A stretch of 64,000 bases of DNA from the human T2T-CHM13v2.0 reference genome, Homo sapiens: assembly GCF_009914755.1 (NCBI RefSeq), contig NC_060926.1. One strand, given 5' to 3'. The notes beneath the pieces were generated by a model. The model saw nothing but the letters and a program-made list of their open reading frames with translations. It did no database searches and was not told the DNA's origin. Position numbers and translations under genes: made by a program. How positions within the stretch are numbered: position 1 is the stretch's first letter; every line of letters starts with the position of its first letter. Positions 63,966 through 64,000 of this stretch are shown piece by piece.

Positions 63966-64000
63966 TGAGTCCTACTTCTGATGCCGATCACAAGCCCCAA

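Overview
Primate (most likely human) non-coding genomic DNA, intergenic or deep intronic and dominated by transposable elements. I can support no host protein-coding exon, rRNA, tRNA or CRISPR array. Contents: about 24 Alus (J, S and one Y); several LINE-1s, including a full-length ~6.17 kb L1PA4/5-like element (27988-34158, minus strand, ORF1, ORF2 and ORF0 all disrupted) and a young 5'-truncated L1PA2/3; a fragmented ERV-L provirus fossil with recognisable gag/pro/RT remnants (~4750-10450); solo LTRs (LTR12C, MER41B, MLT2, MST/MLT1A, MLT1N-like, LTR47-like); DNA-transposon fossils (MER2, MER3, MER5, MER30, MER53, MER81, a 2.3 kb Zaphod/MER115-type hAT); and MIR, L2 and L3 remnants. The most interesting signals are regulatory or mechanistic. 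A MER41B LTR keeps two perfect tandem STAT GAS sites, an LTR12C promoter inserted into an Alu keeps its core motifs, and an L1 antisense promoter lies between them. A ~64 bp polyadenylated MaLR-LTR terminus appears to have been retroposed by L1 machinery (16 bp TSD). L1s and Alus are strongly biased to the minus strand. Subfamily names come from recalled consensus motifs and need RepeatMasker/Dfam confirmation. I see no convincing evidence of a novel protein-coding system.
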